From Lama guanicoe (Eukaryota): 64,000 nucleotides of DNA. Positions within the stretch are counted from its first letter, which is position 1; each line of letters opens with the position of its first letter. Location of the stretch: NCBI GenBank assembly GCA_013239625.1, contig MU053559.1, forward strand, positions 682,001 to 746,000, read 5' to 3'. The notes below the pieces were generated by a model. The model was not told the DNA's origin, did not search any database, and was given only the letters and a program-made list of their open reading frames with translations. Shown here one piece after another: positions 12,045-27,197 of this stretch. A program made the translations under genes and the position numbers.

Positions 12045-14530
12045 ATTTTAGACATCTGCCTGTTCCAGTTCTCTATCAAACCAGTGCTCAGAAGGTGATC
12101 TGCCACATGATATATTCATTTAATGGTCTATCTCTTTGCTCATTTTTGGACACTGTGAGCTGTAAAGTGTGTTCTTTGGTTTGAAAAAAATGTAACTCAA
12201 TTGCGGCAGTAACTTCTATTCCAGCCCATTTATAGTATTCTGGGCATTTGCATCCACCATTGAGTATGCAAAGCCCAGTACAGTGTATCTATTCCCATCA
12301 TTTATAAAAGAAATGATAATTGCATGATGTGATAGAAGTGTTAGCTAATGCTACAGTGGTAATCATATTGCAATATACAAATGGATCAAATCGACGTGTT
12401 GTTCACCTTCAACTTACATACAACTTATATGTCAATTATATCTCAATTTTTAAAAAGACTCATTTATAGCCTCCTGGAACAACCAGTAGCAGTCTGACAG
12501 AGTCTACTTGCCAGCTATGTGTGGGGCCTTCCCCCAGGGAATCTGCCCCATGGTCAACTGTCTCTTTTGCCAGACAGGACAATTCTTGTTGCCATTTTGT
12601 GTCTCAGTGGTACCAGAGGAATATGTCAGTGGTCGGCTCATCTCTGCATTGCTGCATCTTTACCATGTCTGTTCATTTCATGAACCTAGGTGGCTACAAG
12701 CAAGCACATCAGGATGTTCACTTGCCAGTTCCTTTGGTTTCTGGAAAGGGGTTCTTCTGATGGGCATCGACATGTTCTATTTCACAGTGCCATTTAAATT
12801 CCCCTAGTGTTTTCCATAGGGCTGGGCCCCATATGGGAATCCCTTTAATAGTCCAGTTTTCTGTTGTTCACCTGCCTGACCATATGGCCAGGCCACTGGC
12901 CACTACCCATTAGTCAGTAAAAACTCAAACATAGTGGCTCTTATCTTTGTTCAATTCTTCCATTATTGCGAGGAAAACAACATACAATTCAGACCACTGA
13001 ATTAATTTGTTCTCAACCTTCTTCAGTCAGAGTTTTTAAATGAGTCAATTGTAGTGTGGTGGCTTTCCAAACAGGGTGTTATCTGTCCACCTTGAAACTG
13101 CTGTCTGTGAACTAAGCAGCTTTCTGTTATTCAGTAGAGAGATGTTCCTAGGACACCACCCTGTGGTGATAGGATTTGGCAGCTCCTTAGGTGATTTCAA
13201 AGTCAGCCCTAAGGAAAAGAGTCTACCTGCTTGTGAATATGATTTCTTGCATTCCTCTTGTAGCATGTTCCTATATAAACCATTTCCATTTTATTGTGAT
13301 ACTCTTCTGGGCACTGCCTTCCTTCTTGGAGTGTTTCTCTGACATCACCCAAGACATTATGGGTACTTCATATTTCAAGATTATTTTATATCTTTCAGTC
13401 ATAGGGATAGTTTTAATTAATGCCTAGCAGCAAGCTAGTTATTTGTCTCTCAGCTGGTGTCTGCTATACTTGCAGTGTCTGGAAATTTTCTAGTCTAAAA
13501 TCCTAGTGGTTGCCACTGGATAGCACTCATGGACTTTTGTCATATGCTCTAGTCTATTTCTCTTTGTCCACCAGGTATTCTATACTTTAACTTGTGTGGA
13601 CTCTGGCAATTGTATAGGTTCCCATTTAGCATGTTCAATTAATACTGGTTGGAGGGTGAACTTACATGCCTTCTGTTTTTCTGTGTGTGGTGTTGTTTTT
13701 GTTAATGAAGGTAGTGGAGATTAAACCCAGGACTTCATGCATGCTAAGCATGTGCTTTACCACTGAGCTACAGCCCCTGCTTCTGCTTTACAGTATTAGT
13801 AGGAGAAGTGTTTCCAAGTCAGACATCATCCCAATAATACATTCAAGTAAGGGAGCTGTAACCACTTCACATAAAGTCCATTCACACATTTAAATCCTCA
13901 TCCAAACGTTCATCTTAATCTCATCAGCTATTGCATCCCTATATCCTCCCAATCTAGCTGTAGCCCCTGTTAGGACTTCACCAACAACTTTCGTCATAAC
14001 TGCATTGGTCTCCCATGTCACAGAGTTCCAGAAAGTTTCTTTTCTACTCTGGCCATTTTACCCGCGTGTGTGCATATGGCTTTGGGTCCACAGGCTTAGG
14101 ATTGGCTCAAGGAAACTTGTGGCTCCTTCATCAGTCTTCATCCTGATTAATTTGCCAAACCATCACCCCCAGCAACTCAAGGTCAGTTTCCCCATTGTTA
14201 TGTTGCCTTGTGACTTGTAAAAATTCCTCCAAAGTAGGGAGAATAGAGTGGATTTGTTCAGGGCACTTCAATGTTGGGGGACCAGCAGAGGGTCCCACTG
14301 GTCCACCCAATCTCCAATAGAGCTGAATTAATGCCTTGATTTTGGCCCCGTCAATGCCCCCTTTATTAGTCCTATTTTAAAATAACTGTTTAAAGACTTC
14401 CACCCTGCTTGGACAAGTAAGTCCCTTGACTCTCACGATTGTAGTTCCCCATTCTTTTGTGAATCACTCTAATTTTCTTAGCATCTATAAGACCTATAAA
14501 TGGAAGGTGGTGATATTGATACACAAAATT
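12045..14530 (-). mobile_element. Decayed ERV-L-type pro/pol fragment (RNase H and integrase; RT core apparently deleted)
   Basis: Minus strand PLGF*TRKFP (about 13480-13520), VFTD*WVVASGLAIWSG (about 12875-12925), HSWQVD (about 12500-12520) and STGLIENWN (about 12060-12090). Confidence 0.75.
13676..13778 (-). mobile_element. Vic-1-like SINE
   Basis: Same tRNA-like body as the 9790-9920 copy. Confidence 0.8.
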
Positions 14531-14541
14531 ATAGAACTCCT

Positions 14542-15048
14542 TGTTATGAATTTGTTAAATTAAGATTTGTTAAATTGAGCCCTGGGGAGCTGGATGGTGA
14601 GCCTAGCTTCAACAAAGGAGCCTAGGTTCACATAAGGAGGTTTATTAGTCACAGGTCCTGGAAGAGGCACACTTTGATAGGCCACATGGGGAGGTCAAGG
14701 CGGGGTGCAGGTGGAGAGAGGAGCAGGATCTGGGGCACATGACTTTACTAAGGTCCATAGGTAGAGTGTTTTGTGGTTCCCAGGCTAAGGCTGGATTGGT
14801 CAATTTAAAACCAAAAGAGCAGGGTTTCGGTAAGTTCTGCAGGGATCTTATCAAAGGGGTGCACAAGGGGAAGGTCCTAGGAAGCAGGGAGACTGGTTAT
14901 TGCAAGGGCTGTTGAGGAAGTCCTATCAGGAACTTACATTTACTTGTGATGCATGTGCTTGCATGAGTGGGCTAGTGTCAGTGTTTGGCTAAACAAAATG
15001 GATGCTGAGGTAGCAATACCATGGAGTTGCTTACCTAAACTCTTGACA
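14542..15048 (-). mobile_element. Solo LTR, class III-like, with 5-bp TSD
   Basis: TG...CA ends with perfect TSD CTCCT at 14537-14541 and 15049-15053; AATAAA on the minus strand at 14646-14641. Confidence 0.85.
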
Positions 15049-15167
15049 CTCCTTCACATGATACCCCCTGGTTTCAGTAGTTTCTTGTTTTGCTCCCCTG
15101 CCACCTGCACTACCTTCTTGGTGACCAGAGGTAGAGATACTATCTGATATTCTGGCATACTTTTAAT

Positions 15168-15177
15168 TATCTGTCTG

Positions 15178-15209
<32 letters not shown>

Positions 15210-15279
15210 CCTACCTACCTACCTACCTATCTATCTATCTAATTTGGTTCTGTTTCTTTAGAGAACCCTGAATAATACA
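15168..15279 (+). repeat. (TCTA)n/(CCTA)n microsatellite followed by an MLT2 3' end
   Basis: Tetranucleotide run at about 15168-15240, then TTGGTTCTGTTTCTTTAGAGAACCCTGAATAATACA. Confidence 0.8.
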
Positions 15280-15611
15280 GTGATGCAACTCCTCAGGAGT
15301 TAGGTCTGTCATTTCTAAATTCCATTGGTAACTTTTACCTCTAGGAACTGATCATAGCACAGCTGCTGTTTTATACCATGGGCAACTTAGTAACTATCCA
15401 GGCATCAAAGATCATCAGTTCCTACCCTCTCATCCTTCCTTATCCCAAATAATACTTTTGCCATGTTTCAGTGAGTCAGGGTCGTTTGGGTGAATGTCAC
15501 TTCTGATGCCAAATGTGGGGCCTCTGGACACTCTCAGGTTTGATGATTCACTAGAAGGACTCACAGAACTCAGAAAAGTTAACAGTAACCCAGGATTTGA
15601 TACATAGACAA

Positions 15612-16060
15612 GAGAATCATATCATATGATCTTTGTCATTCTCTGTCTCATTTACTTCACTTTGTATGATAATCTCTAAGTCCATCCATATTTCTGTAAA
15701 TGGCATTATTTCATTTTTTTATATGGCTGGATAGTATTCCTGTGTGTGTGTGCGTGTGTACCTCACAACTTCTTTATCCAGTCATCTGTTGATGGACATT
15801 AGGTTGTTTCCATGTCTTGGCTATTGTAAATAGTGCTGCTATGAACATTGGGGTGTATGTTTCTTTTTGAATTAGAATTTTCTCCGGATATACGCCCAGG
15901 AATGGGATTGCTGGATCATAGGGTAAGTCTATTTTTAGTTTTTAAGGACTATCCATACTGTATTTTTGTAGTGGTCGCACCAATTTATATTCCCACCAAT
16001 AGTGTAGGAAGGTTCCCTTTATCCAAAGCCTCTCCTGCATTTATTATTTGTAGACTTTTT
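15612..16060 (-). mobile_element. L1 fragment (ORF2 end and 3' UTR)
   Basis: Near-identical motifs to 11600-12000 (TTCCATGTCTTGGCTATTGTAAATAGTG). Confidence 0.85.
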
Positions 16061-16143
16061 ATTTGTGTGTGTGTGTTTTTTAATAGAGGTACTGGGGATT
16101 GAACCCAGCATCTCATGCATGCTAAGCACATGCTCTACCACTT
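16060..16143 (-). mobile_element. Vic-1-like SINE, 5'-truncated
   Basis: GAGGTACTGGGGATTGAACCCAG...TGCTCTACCACT on the plus strand. Confidence 0.8.
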
Positions 16144-17903
16144 AGAGATTATCATACAAAGTCAAGGTGTAGAATAGGGGGTCACTGATGGAATAATTTT
16201 AAGAAGCCCAAGCTAAAGGTCATCCCAGAGCTGTACTGATGTTGCAATACTAAAAAGAGGCTTGATATCATCTGGGATTTCAGCACAGCTTGAGCAACCC
16301 ATAGGTCTACCCTTTTCCTTTTCAAGCTCAGAATTCATGATGCCCCTGACAATATTCAAATCTTTCCCTTCTGCCATTAAAAAAAAAGTCTTTATTGTTT
16401 TGTCATTTTCCCCTCTCACTGCAAAAGTGATATAGAAGTGGCAAAAAAAATCTTCAAACTCTTTTAGGAATGTACAACCTAAAAGGAAAAAATATCCCAC
16501 GATCTTATATCACCACTCGTTCCAGATAACCAATTCTATGGCAAATTTGGTTAATTTCCATCTATACACCTCTATTTCTCACTTTTTCTTTAGGTACACA
16601 AACATATAGTTAACATATGTCTTCCTTTTGCTCAGTTGGCTCGTAATGTACAAACTGGTTTTCAACTCCCTGTTTTCCCTTTACATAATAATATGGATAA
16701 TGGTAGTAGAAGTAATGACAATGATAACACAGATGATGATGAGAATGATAATATTAGTGTCAGTAATAGGAGCTAACATGTAAAGAGTTTACACTGTACC
16801 TGGCACTGTACTAAGCCCTTTGTATGCATGACCACCTTGATCCTCACAATCACCCTAAGAAGTGAATACTATTATTTTTCACATCTTACAGATGAGGAAA
16901 CTGAGTCCCAGAGTGGATAAGCAAGTGGCCATGAGGTTGCACAGCTGGTCACTGGCATAACTGGGATAGTCTCTACTCAATGAGTACTTGTTGATAGAAG
17001 ATATTTTGCTAGCAGGACGTAGAGGTATATTAAATAGCTGCATATTTTCCTCTTGTGTGCAAATGCCATGATTTAGTGATCAGCCCCATATTCAAGGACT
17101 TCTGTGTAATTTCTATCACAGCGTGGCAGCGATTTTTCTTGTCATCTATCTTTGTATACTGTGGTGAGCATTTCTAGGCACATTTTGAACTTTCATAGAC
17201 ATTGCCAAATTGCCTTTTGAAAAATTAGTGCAAGTTTATACTCCCACTAATAATGAATGAATTTTTTATTCATTTATTCATACTCCCACTAATTACTATT
17301 TTTAATATCTTTTATGGAAACATAACTTAGATAAAAGCCTTTTGGCGTAGATGTTTTATTGAAGCATAGCATGCAGAGAAAAGTGTATCATGTGTACAGT
17401 TTCGTGAATTTCTGCAAATTAGAAACACCTCTGTAACCAGTGCTTGCCTCAAGAAACAGAAAATAAGTCACCTGGAAGCCTCCTATCCTCTGGCTCATGG
17501 CTTTCTGATTTCTATCATCATAGAGTATTTTTTCCTGTTCTTGAATGTCATATCAATGGAATCATGCTCTATTATTCTTCAGGTTTGGCTTTTTTCATTT
17601 ATCACAATTTTTTGAAGTTCATTCTTTTCTTGGATTTTGTATATCCATAGTTAGTCTTCTTTCCATTACTGTGTATGACTATTGTATAAATATATAGCAG
17701 TTCTTTATCCATTCTGTTGCTGATGGATGTTTCCATTTTGGCTATTACAAATAATACTTCTATGAATATTCTTGCACATGTCTTGGTGAGCATATGTATA
17801 CATTTCCATTGGCTATATACCTAGGGGTACAACTGCTGGGTCCTAGGTTAGGGGTATGTTCAGCAATAGTACATTCAGTTAAAATGTCTTCCAAAGTGGC
17901 TGT

Positions 17904-19530
17904 AGCATTAAAAATCTTTTTTTCAGTTTTATTGGGTAGAATTGTTACAATTTGACTGCACATATACAATGTATTTCATGTAAATACATATACACAATAT
18001 ACTGCACATATTTTAAAAATTTACATATATATACTGTCCATTGTTTCTAAGAACGTTTAGGGCTTTACCTCTTTAAACTTAGTTATCAAACGAAGAAAGC
18101 CAACCACAAAATAAAAATTAATTCAAAAAGATATATACACCTCCCTATTAACAGCAACATTATTTATAATTGCCAAGATATGGAAGCATCCTAAGTGCAC
18201 ATCAATAGATGAATGGATAACGAAGATGCAGCATATATAGCTAATGGAATACAACTCACCCATAAGGAAGGATATTTTGCCGTTTGTGGCCCTTCGTTCA
18301 CTTTTTTTTTCTTTTCACTTCAAAACCCAGAAGTTTATAAGTGGCATAAACATTCCCATTGCATCAAAAAACAAAGTACCTAGAAATAAACTTAACCAAG
18401 GAGGTTACCTATACTCTGAAAAGCTGTAAAACACTGATGAAGGAAATTGAAGATGATAACAAAGAAATGGAAAGATACCTTATGCTCCTGGATTGGAAGA
18501 ATCATTATCAAAATGGCCATACTACCCAACGCAATCTACAGATGGCCCTCTGTGGGAGATGTCCTATGTCCCAGCAGTGCACTCCTCTCTTGTCATCCAA
18601 GGGCCAGGGCCCAGCCGGTCCCAGCATAGAGTCTGGCCTGTGTTTGTGGATTCTTTCCATAGGCTTTGGAATTATTGTTTTCTTATTTCTGCTATCTGCC
18701 CCCTGGTGGATGGAGCTGGTTTTATGCAGGTTTCCTGACAGGAGGAGTTTGTGCCTGCCCACTGCTGGGTGAAGCTTGGTCCTGGACCTCTGGTGGGTAG
18801 TGCTGTGTCTAGAGGCATTTGTGGCTTACGAAGTCTGATGATGGGTGGGGCTGTGTTCCCACCCTATATTTTGTTTGACCTGAGGCTTCCCTACAGGCTG
18901 TTGGGTGGGGCTCGGTCTTGGTGCTAATGATCCAGTCAAGACTCCAGCCTCCAGGAAAGCTCATGTAGTTGAACACTCCTGAAGTGTCTGCTGCTAGCTT
19001 TTATGTCCCCTGGGTGAGCTGCAGCTGGCCCCTATGTCTGCAGGAGACCTTCCAAAACCAGCAGGCAGGTCTGGGCCGGGTTCCTATGAAATCACTGCCT
19101 CTGCCCTTGGACCTGGTGCACGTGAGATTCTGTGTACACGTCCCAGGAGAGTGAAGTCTCTGCCTCCCCCAGTCCTGTGGGGCTCCTGGAGCTAAGCCCC
19201 GCTGGCCTTCAAAACCAGGTGTCCTGGGTCTCCTCCTCCACCCAGTGCCGGAGCCCCGGGCTGGGGAGCCTGACCTGCGGTTCTCGCTCCTGTGGGAGGG
19301 CCTCTGAGACTTAATTAGATTTCAGCTTGTGGGTCGCCCACCCGGGGGGTATGGGGCCCTATTATATCACGAGCATGCCCCCCTACCGTCCTGCTGTGGT
19401 TCCCCAGTTGAAGAAAATCTTTTTTGCTAGGTTCCAGTCTTTTTTTTTTTGATGGTTGTTCAGCCGTCAGTTGTGGTTTTGTTGTAGTCAGTAGGAGAGG
19501 TGAGCTTGTGGTCCTACCACTCCACCATCT
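17904..19530 (-). mobile_element. Rearranged L1 (5' UTR, inverted ORF2 pieces, 3' end) inside an older L1M fragment spanning about 17350-19870
   Basis: GC-rich L1 5' UTR at about 18545-19530 (minus), plus-strand ORF2 pieces at about 18100-18541, flanked by TTCCAAAGTGGCTGT repeats. Confidence 0.65.
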
Positions 19531-19967
19531 TTCCAAAGTGGCTGTGACATTTTACTCTAACCATATATGAGAGTTCCAGTTGCTCCACATCCTCACCAAC
19601 ATTTGGGTTTTTGTCTTAATTTTAGCCACTCTTTTGGTATATAGGTATCTCATTGGGGTTTAAGTTTGTATTTCCCTGATGGCTAATGATTTTGAGCACA
19701 TTTTCATGTGTTAATTGGCCATTTATAAATCATCTTTTGTGGTGTGTCTGTTCAAATCTTTTTCTAGGTTTTCTATTGGATTGTTTATATTTATCTTTCT
19801 GATTTGTAAGAGTTCTTTATAGTTTCCCATAGTATAAAAGTCCTTTGTTAGATATAGATTTTGTGAATATCTCAGAGAAGGTATTTTTGAAATTATTAAA
19901 CAGTAGCTTTCCTCTGAAGAATATTCTCTTCTTAAAAATGTTATTATTTTAATTTCTATCAAGCTGA

Positions 19968-22578
<2,611 letters not shown>

Positions 22579-24024
22579 AGAACCCAGAGAAAACAGAAAC
22601 TTTGCAAAAGAACCAAAAATGGAAAATCTTCCATAGAAAAGTCAAAGAGAAAGGAAAAGGTGAGGTGGGAAGATCATGCTTTATATAGCTTAGGTGGTCG
22701 TGGAAGGCTTTTCTAAAAACGGGGAGCCAGCCATATGGGGGATAATAAAATTCCAGGCAAGAGGAATAACAGAGCCAAGTTCCTGGTGCAAAAACAAACA
22801 AACAAACAAACAAAAAAAAACCTTGGCCTCTGTACTGTTATCATGAGTGTATAGTGAATGACTATTTCACATCAGAGAGGTTGTTCAAGACTGCTATCCT
22901 TTGAAGCCTTGAATATATGAGAGCCTTCAGCTGGACGCCAAGCCTCATGGTAAATCTGGGCACAGGTATTAAGATAAACCCAATTGAATTAATTTCAAGA
23001 AACACAATCCCATAAAAATGATATTAAAGGAAATATTTCAGATTTAATATCAAACTCTCATAGAAAAAAATCAATACAATCTATTATGAAGAATAGCTAT
23101 TTTGCCATCTGTCATGATGGGGACCAAGTATTAGCTACTGGAAAAGGGGGTTTATGAAATGATCTAAAATTAGAGAATGAAAGATAACCACTAAAGGAAT
23201 ACTGATTATATACTACAAATGTCGATTATTTGAAAGGGTGCATAATCAGAATAATGTCAAGGAAACAACATGAGGGCTTCAAATCTAGTTTTCAGAAGTA
23301 GCAACAGTTGATAATGCCAGTATTTCTGCCCCAACCTGTTCTATGGCCAAGATTTTGACTGTTTTTATGTGTGGACCTTCCCTTTTTCTGAGCTTGATCA
23401 CACAATCTTCCCTGTGAAATACTATGAGCTACCTCATAGGCTTTTGGGAGATCTGCTTTTTAACCTAAATTTACCAGAGTTTATTTCTGATGCTTTTGGT
23501 GATTAACTATCACATTCAGAAATTGGTATCCAGAGTGCCGGTACCTTTTATGGACCCTCAAGGAAATATGAGATTTGGTTATCTAGGCTGGTTGGGGCTG
23601 AAGGCAAGGGAAATTCAGGTGGCATTTTGGAAGAGGGCTCTGGCATTCCTTGGCATGCTGTGGCATTCATGGTGCTTTAATGATCATCTATTCTTATCTT
23701 GGATGAAGTAAACACTGAAAACAAGGCTTTGGGTAGTTGAATATCCATCCCTAACCAAAGAGTACAAAGGACATGAGGGACTGCTTCCTCAAAGGGGTAA
23801 CTGCTTCCAATGGGGCTGGCCAGCAGAAAGAAATAGGAACTCCTAATTCCTGCTGAGCTTGCTGTATAAGCTGAAACCAATTCCATTTTCCTCTGAAGAG
23901 ACTGTATCTGCCTTAATTAAAGACCCTGTAGTTACCTCAACTGAGAGTGATACTTTTTAAGGGAAGCCAATTTTCATACTTCCCCATCCCCACCCTTCTA
24001 TTTCCAGACCTCTATTTGCTTGAT

Positions 24025-24238
24025 GTACCAAGCACTTTATGTGCTTTACAAACATTAATTCATTTAATTCTCCCAACAACCCCGTGAAATAGGTACTACC
24101 ACTATCATCCTCATTTTGCAGATGAGGAAACTGAGGCACAAAGAAATTAAGTGCCTCACCCAAGACAACCCAGCTAGTAAGTGGTAGAGATAGTATCTGA
24201 ACCCAGGAGAACCTATGCTCTTAATTACTGCACTATCC
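24025..24238 (-). mobile_element. MIR SINE; others at about 16765-16960, 30385-30445, 30760-30940 and 51965-52190
   Basis: Core CATTTTGCAGATGAGGAAACTGAGGCACA motif. Confidence 0.8.
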
Positions 24239-24401
24239 TCCACCCCGACCCCACCTCCCACCCCGAGGGATCTGGTGTCCCCTGATTAGTTAGACCTTTG
24301 AATATATAGAAGAAGTGATTGAATAGGGGTACCCTCAGGCATTGCAAAAATGAAGAGAGTCAGACATCAGAGATCTCTTGCATTGTTTATAGATATCATC
24401 C

Positions 24402-24407
24402 TTTATT
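24402..24407 (-). terminator. SPACA5 polyadenylation signal AATAAA
   Basis: tttatt on the plus strand, about 60 nt after the SPACA5 stop codon. Confidence 0.8.
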
Positions 24408-24465
24408 AAATCCACCAAAGAAAGAACAGAAAGGAAAATGAAATCTCTGTCTCTGGGAATCCAAG

Positions 24466-24565
24466 TCACGAATTAATTTTTCTTGTGTCAGGTTTTGCAT
24501 ACAGACGACATCCCTTGAGCCATTCAGATACATCATGGCCAAAACAGTGCTGGATCCAAGAGTCC
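24466..24565 (-). CDS. SPACA5: SPACA5 coding exon 4 (terminal)
   Basis: CAG acceptor; encodes DSWIQHCFGHDVSEWLKGCRLYAKPDTRKINS then TGA (24468-24466). The four exons sum to 483 nt = 160 aa with all 8 lysozyme cysteines. Confidence 0.95.
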
Positions 24566-24668
24566 CTGGGAAATGAAGGGAGAGAGGGAGGATAAAGTGG
24601 ACAGGCTGATGGAGTGGCAGTGCCACTAACCCAGGGGCCCAGGGTCTGAGCCATCCTCATGAACTTAC

Positions 24669-24747
24669 CAGGCAGCCATACCATTCTGTGAGGACACTAC
24701 CCGCTTGGCACACATGATGTCATCCAGAATATGGCGGTTGAGCAGGT
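24669..24747 (-). CDS. SPACA5: SPACA5 coding exon 3
   Basis: TAG acceptor and GTAAG donor; 79 nt as in c-type lysozyme genes. Encodes DLLNRHILDDIMCAKRVVSSQNGMAAW. Confidence 0.96.
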
Positions 24748-24843
24748 CTAAGGGGAAGAGAGGGACATAGTGATTTGGTGTACTGGGGACACAGTGACAG
24801 TGTATGAAGGGCCCAGGGGTTCTGGGTTCCTTGGGGCCAGAAT

Positions 24844-25460
24844 AACTTCAATAACCACTATATTGTCTGATTCTCAATGACCTTGGTTAACTTATCAGCT
24901 GGTTATGAATTACCTCAACCACCATACTGGCTGGTCCTGGACAACCTCAAATTCCATGTTGGCCAGTTCTGGATGACTTCAACTGTCATGTTGTGTGGTT
25001 ATGAATGATCTCAATGGCAATGGTTATTGGCTGGTAGGGAACCAGTCAGCTGCAAAGTTGGTCAGTCCTGGGGCCATCAAACACTATGTTTTCAGGTCCT
25101 GGATAACCTCAACATGCATTTTGACGAGTTAGAAGTGACCTCAGTCTCCATGTTGGCTAGTCCTGTTCAACCTCAGCTACTATGGTGTCTGGACCTAGAT
25201 GATCTCAACTGCTGTGGTGGCTGGACCAGGATGACCTTAACTGCCATTCTGACTAGTTAATGATCTCAACCACTATCTAGACTAGTTCTGGACAACCTCA
25301 ACCTTCAAGCTGGCTAGTCCTGGATGACCTCTTCTATCACTGTGGCAGGACTTGGACAACTTCAGCTTCCACTTGGGTTGGCCCCAAATAAACTTGGCCT
25401 ATCTTGGACAGCCTCAAATGCCATTTTGGCCAACCCTGAACAACTTCTACTGCTATTCAC
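24844..25460. repeat. Degenerate 32-bp minisatellite (about 19 units) in the SPACA5 intron between coding exons 2 and 3
   Basis: ACCTCAA-like anchor recurs at 24912, 24944, 24976, 25008, 25106, 25138, 25170, 25202, 25234, 25263, 25295, 25327 and 25359. Confidence 0.85.
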
Positions 25461-25890
25461 TTTTGTCCACAACAGTACCACACTCTTGTCTGGAAAACCC
25501 TCTGCTTTCTGCATGGAGGTACTTAGTCTCTGTCCTTACAGATGGATATCTGCTTCTTCCCTCAGGGTCTGAACCACCCCAACCCCAAATCTTGACAGTT
25601 TCCCCCTCCATTCCACGTGGAGCTAAGTGTCTTGTTTCCTGAGTCTGAGAAAACGGCAGCCTTCATTCTAGGTGAGGTTTAGGGGCTCTGAGTCCTCCTG
25701 ACCTAAACAACATCTCAGTGCACTCTGAGTAAGGATACAGGATGGTGTCTCTAACAGCCCAGGAAACTCGGATCCTTTCCCTATCATTTTTCTGGTTGTT
25801 ATTCAAGATTATGGCTTAGACAATCTTGCCCCCTGCATGTTAGGGAGTGAGGCCAGGCAGGGCTTTAAGGTATCCCCAGTGCTGCCTCAC

Positions 25891-26049
25891 CATGACACTC
25901 CATGTGACAGAAGTTCTGTGTGGGTGTAACACCATTGTCACACCACCAGGCGGAGTTCAGCTGGAAAATGCCATATTCACTGCTTCCATCAGGATTGTGA
26001 TCCACGAAGGAAGTGTCAAAGCCACTCTCATAGTGTGCCATGCACAGCC
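25891..26049 (-). CDS. SPACA5: SPACA5 coding exon 2
   Basis: CAG acceptor and GTGAG donor; 159 nt in phase. Encodes WLCMAHYESGFDTSFVDHNPDGSSEYGIFQLNSAWWCDNGVTPTQNFCHMECH, the lysozyme active-site exon. Confidence 0.96.
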
Positions 26050-26149
26050 CTGGGGAAGGGAGTGGGGAGGTAGCAGATAGGCATGGGTCCTGGGAATGAG
26101 GGAGGGTAGGATGAGGGGGGCATGGGGCAGGGATGATTTCTATCTCAGT

Positions 26150-26335
26150 TGTGGGGGTGGTGATCTTGGTTTGGTGGTAGTGTTGATGTTGGTGATTCTG
26201 GTGAGGTAACAGTGATGGTGGTGGTAATGGTATTCATGGTGATAACAGCAGTGATGATATTGATGGAAGTGATGGTGGTGGTAGTAAAGATGAGGGTAAG
26301 TGGTTCTGAAGGCAATGATGGTGAAATTAGAGTTA
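26150..26335. repeat. Degenerate (TGG/TGA)n trinucleotide tract in the SPACA5 intron after coding exon 1
   Basis: Runs of gtg/atg/ggt, which produce the His-rich tail of ORF 26140-26622. Confidence 0.8.
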
Positions 26336-26465
26336 GTTAAACTACTCATCACAGTCAGGGGGTGACTGAGAGGATCATTCCCTCGTCTGGCAAGTAGGGC
26401 CTGGGTTTGAGTGTGGTGGGAGGTTTGGGGTGTGGGTGGGGGACTTGGGGCAGCTGGTGTCTCAC

Positions 26466-26610
26466 AGTCTCCAATGGTGTAGCCCTTGAAGCCATTCAGG
26501 CCCGCCTTTTGCAGCTTCATTGCCAGGTCACAGCGTTCGTAGATCTTGGCATCCACAGTGGCAGCCATTAGCATGGCCAGGGTCACCACTACAGTGCCCC
26601 AGGCCTGCAT
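26466..26610 (-). CDS. SPACA5: SPACA5 (lysozyme-like sperm acrosome protein 5) coding exon 1: signal peptide and start of mature c-type lysozyme domain
   Basis: ATG at 26610 translates MQAWGTVVVTLAMLMAATVDA-KIYERCDLAMKLQKAGLNGFKGYTIGD. 145 nt, ending at a GTGAG donor (26465-26461). Matches the SPACA5 N-terminus as recalled. Confidence 0.96.
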
Positions 26611-27197
26611 GATGCCACCCACAAGCTCTCCTCACTGACTCCTCACTCCAGACTCACTCTACAGTGTTCAGAACTCGGAGCATTCTGGAACTCTGGGCTC
26701 TATGAGCCAAGATCTAAGTGAAAGATTCCGGAACACAGAAGCCAGAAGGCTAGGCACCTCACCATCTTCCCCAGTGCCAGCTCTGTTAGAGACACACACA
26801 AAGAAAAAGAAAGATACTGATGTGTACACAGAGGTGGAATGAGATACAGACAGGGGAAACCCAGAGATCTCAGAAAGGGATGTAGGGAGAGAGAGACTGG
26901 GGACACACAAAAGACAGATGGGACCCAGGTTCTAGGCTTCACACTCAACCCACATTCCCCTACATTCCTTAACACTGTCCCACTCTCCTCCCGTTAATCA
27001 TACTCTACAACTTGGGTACCTCCATTTCCACTCACTCTGCCTCTCATCAGCTCCATTCCCCCCAACTCTGCTGAGTAGTCAGCTCTGTTTACTACACTGT
27101 GCCTACTTTCACCTCAGGTTCCCCATGTTCTGTAAAACGTGGCCACCATGCCCTCGCCCTCTGCCCCACATTACCTCCATTTACTCATTCTCAGCAC

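Noticed and set aside
23310..24015. Possible ERV-L/MaLR internal fragment between the pseudogene and SPACA5
   Set aside because: Resemblance too weak to assign a family or boundaries without a profile search.
24705..24747. Alpha-lactalbumin-type calcium-binding loop in SPACA5 (ILDDIMC)
   Set aside because: Only the DD pair is present; the upstream Asp-rich ligands are replaced (DLLNRHI).
24844..25460. CRISPR-like array
   Set aside because: Contiguous degenerate units without unique spacers, no cas genes, mammalian intron.
26140..26465. His-rich C-terminal extension in the 160-aa ORF 26140-26622
   Set aside because: It is read-through past the GTGAG donor into an intronic trinucleotide tract; the lysozyme frame continues in exon 2.
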